From Candidatus Bathyarchaeia archaeon (GTDB lineage: Archaea > Thermoproteota > Bathyarchaeia > Bathyarchaeales > Bathycorpusculaceae), in contig JAVZNE010000010.1 in the NCBI GenBank assembly GCA_038882975.1, forward strand, positions 1-53,668: a stretch of 53,668 nt of DNA. The letters are read 5' to 3'. Shown in pieces: positions 52,261 through 53,668 of this stretch. Under the pieces are notes generated by a model. It worked only from the letters and a program-made list of their open reading frames with translations. It did no database searches and was not told the origin of the DNA. Each line of letters opens with the position of its first letter. Within the stretch, counting starts at the first letter, position 1. Position numbers and translations under genes: made by a program.

Positions 52261-53172
52261 TTGACTAAAAAAGAACTTGTTGAGGACACTTATGCGGAAG
52301 CCTTTGAGGGCATTTACTGCCGAGTGACCGTTACGGCTGATGATGAGGAAACACTGCGGAAGGCGGCACTGCACGCAACCGCCACACCATCCATAGTAAT
52401 TGGCAGAGTTGAATGCGGGATAGAAAGATGGCTAAGCGAAAAGGAAACCCCAGACGGGCGTAAAGGCGTAATCCTCCAATTCTGGGGCGGAATAGACCCC
52501 AAAAAACCCTTCTCAGACTCTCTCAAAAAATTTGAAATTGAGCTCTCCTACCGCATAAGGCAGGATATCCTCGTAAAACCCTTCACAGCGGTTTATGACG
52601 CCTTAGAGAATCCGCTGGGCAAAATTGACATGATGGAGCGCGTTGGTCACTGCGGAGACGGCTACGAGTGGGAGGAAAAACGCCACAACCGCCACATTAT
52701 AGTCGTGCCCATCATGGTTCCAGACTTCATAATAGAGCGGTTTTTAGGATACGCCCGCGGTGTCATGGGCGCTAACTTCTGGATAATGTGCAAGACAAAA
52801 GAAGCCGTTATGGAGGCTGGAGAAAAAGGATTAGAAGCCATCCACAAAGTTGAAGGTGTGGTAACACCCTTCGAAATTTGTTCAGCCGGCTCAAAACCGG
52901 AAACCCGCTATCCATGGATAGGGCCAACAACAAATCATCCCTACTGTCCATCATTAAAGAAAAGGCTTGGCAAAGAGTCTAAGGTTCCAGAAGACGTGAA
53001 CTACATCCCAGAAATCGTTATTAACGGGGTTTCACTTGAGGCGGTTAAAAAGGCTATGAAAGCCGGAATAGAAGCTGCACTAACAGTGAAAGGGGTGGTG
53101 AAAATTTCAGCTGGAAATTATGGCGGGAAGCTTGGCGACTACAAAATTTACTTGCGTGAGTTGTTCAGATGA
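52261..53172 (+). CDS. ftr: Formylmethanofuran--tetrahydromethanopterin N-formyltransferase family
   Basis: [34 protein letters not shown] and [11 protein letters not shown]. Confidence 0.92.
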   Translation: MTKKELVEDTYAEAFEGIYCRVTVTADDEETLRKAALHATATPSIVIGRVECGIERWLSEKETPDGRKGVILQFWGGIDPKKPFSDSLKKFEIELSYRIRQDILVKPFTAVYDALENPLGKIDMMERVGHCGDGYEWEEKRHNRHIIVVPIMVPDFIIERFLGYARGVMGANFWIMCKTKEAVMEAGEKGLEAIHKVEGVVTPFEICSAGSKPETRYPWIGPTTNHPYCPSLKKRLGKESKVPEDVNYIPEIVINGVSLEAVKKAMKAGIEAALTVKGVVKISAGNYGGKLGDYKIYLRELFR

Positions 53173-53668
53173 TGCGTTTTGACGTCATAGGCTTCGGCGC
53201 TCTAAACGTGGACAAACTTTATAAAGTTAACAAGATTGCCGGACCAGAAGAGGAAGGCTTCATAAAAGGCTTCGAAGAAGCTTGTGGAGGCTCAGCCGCC
53301 AACACTATTGTGGGCTTGGCTAGGCTTGGCTGCAAAGTAGGCTTTATTGGGAAGGTTGCCAACGACAGAGAAGGCAAAATGCTCCTAGAAGACTTCCGTA
53401 AAGAAGGCGTAGACACTAGGGGCGTTATAAGGGCGAAGGAGGGACGCAGCGGAACAGTCATGGGCTTCGTAGATGAAAAGGGAGAAAGAGCCCTATACGT
53501 AGACCCAGGAGTAAACGATACGATAAGCTTCGAAGAAATAGACGTGAAATATGCTTGCCGGGCAAGATTCCTTCATTTAACCTCTTTTGTTGGCGATAAG
53601 TCCTTCGAAGCCCAGAAAAGGCTTGTGGAAGCTCTGCCAGAAGATGTTAAAGTGAGCATGGACCCGGG
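53169..53668 (+). CDS. PfkB family carbohydrate/nucleoside kinase (3'-truncated)
   Basis: Manual translation: [14 protein letters not shown]...GGSAANT.VGLARLG...IGKV..D; ends at DP. Confidence 0.9.
   Translation, partial: MMRFDVIGFGALNVDKLYKVNKIAGPEEEGFIKGFEEACGGSAANTIVGLARLGCKVGFIGKVANDREGKMLLEDFRKEGVDTRGVIRAKEGRSGTVMGFVDEKGERALYVDPGVNDTISFEEIDVKYACRARFLHLTSFVGDKSFEAQKRLVEALPEDVKVSMDP

Overview
Gene-dense (~42% GC by eye) archaeal core-genome window. The combination of rpS26e, rpL40e, a Cren7-like domain, Alba, archaeal-type MAT, TFB and an H4MPT-linked Ftr points to a TACK archaeon, most likely Bathyarchaeia (inference). It holds about 60 CDS (translation, tRNA modification, Met/SAM metabolism, glmS, fen1, cdc48, sucCD, purF/purD, ftr, radical SAM enzymes), an initiator tRNA-Met and two unannotated C/D-box sRNA candidates. 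I saw no transposase, integrase or CRISPR array. The strongest signal is a 32-nt insertion (15040-15071) splitting the protein-repair gene pcm in its conserved 'SAPH-MVA' motif. The insertion folds into a bulge-helix-bulge (BHB) motif whose canonical cut sites restore the frame exactly, so it is a candidate tRNA-endonuclease-type mRNA intron. Other highlights: a 17-18 aa Lys/Ala micro-ORF with its own TATA box and SD, a Zn-type Cren7-like domain fused to a coiled coil, a two-block dispersed intergenic repeat, and an Ftr embedded in a purine gene run.
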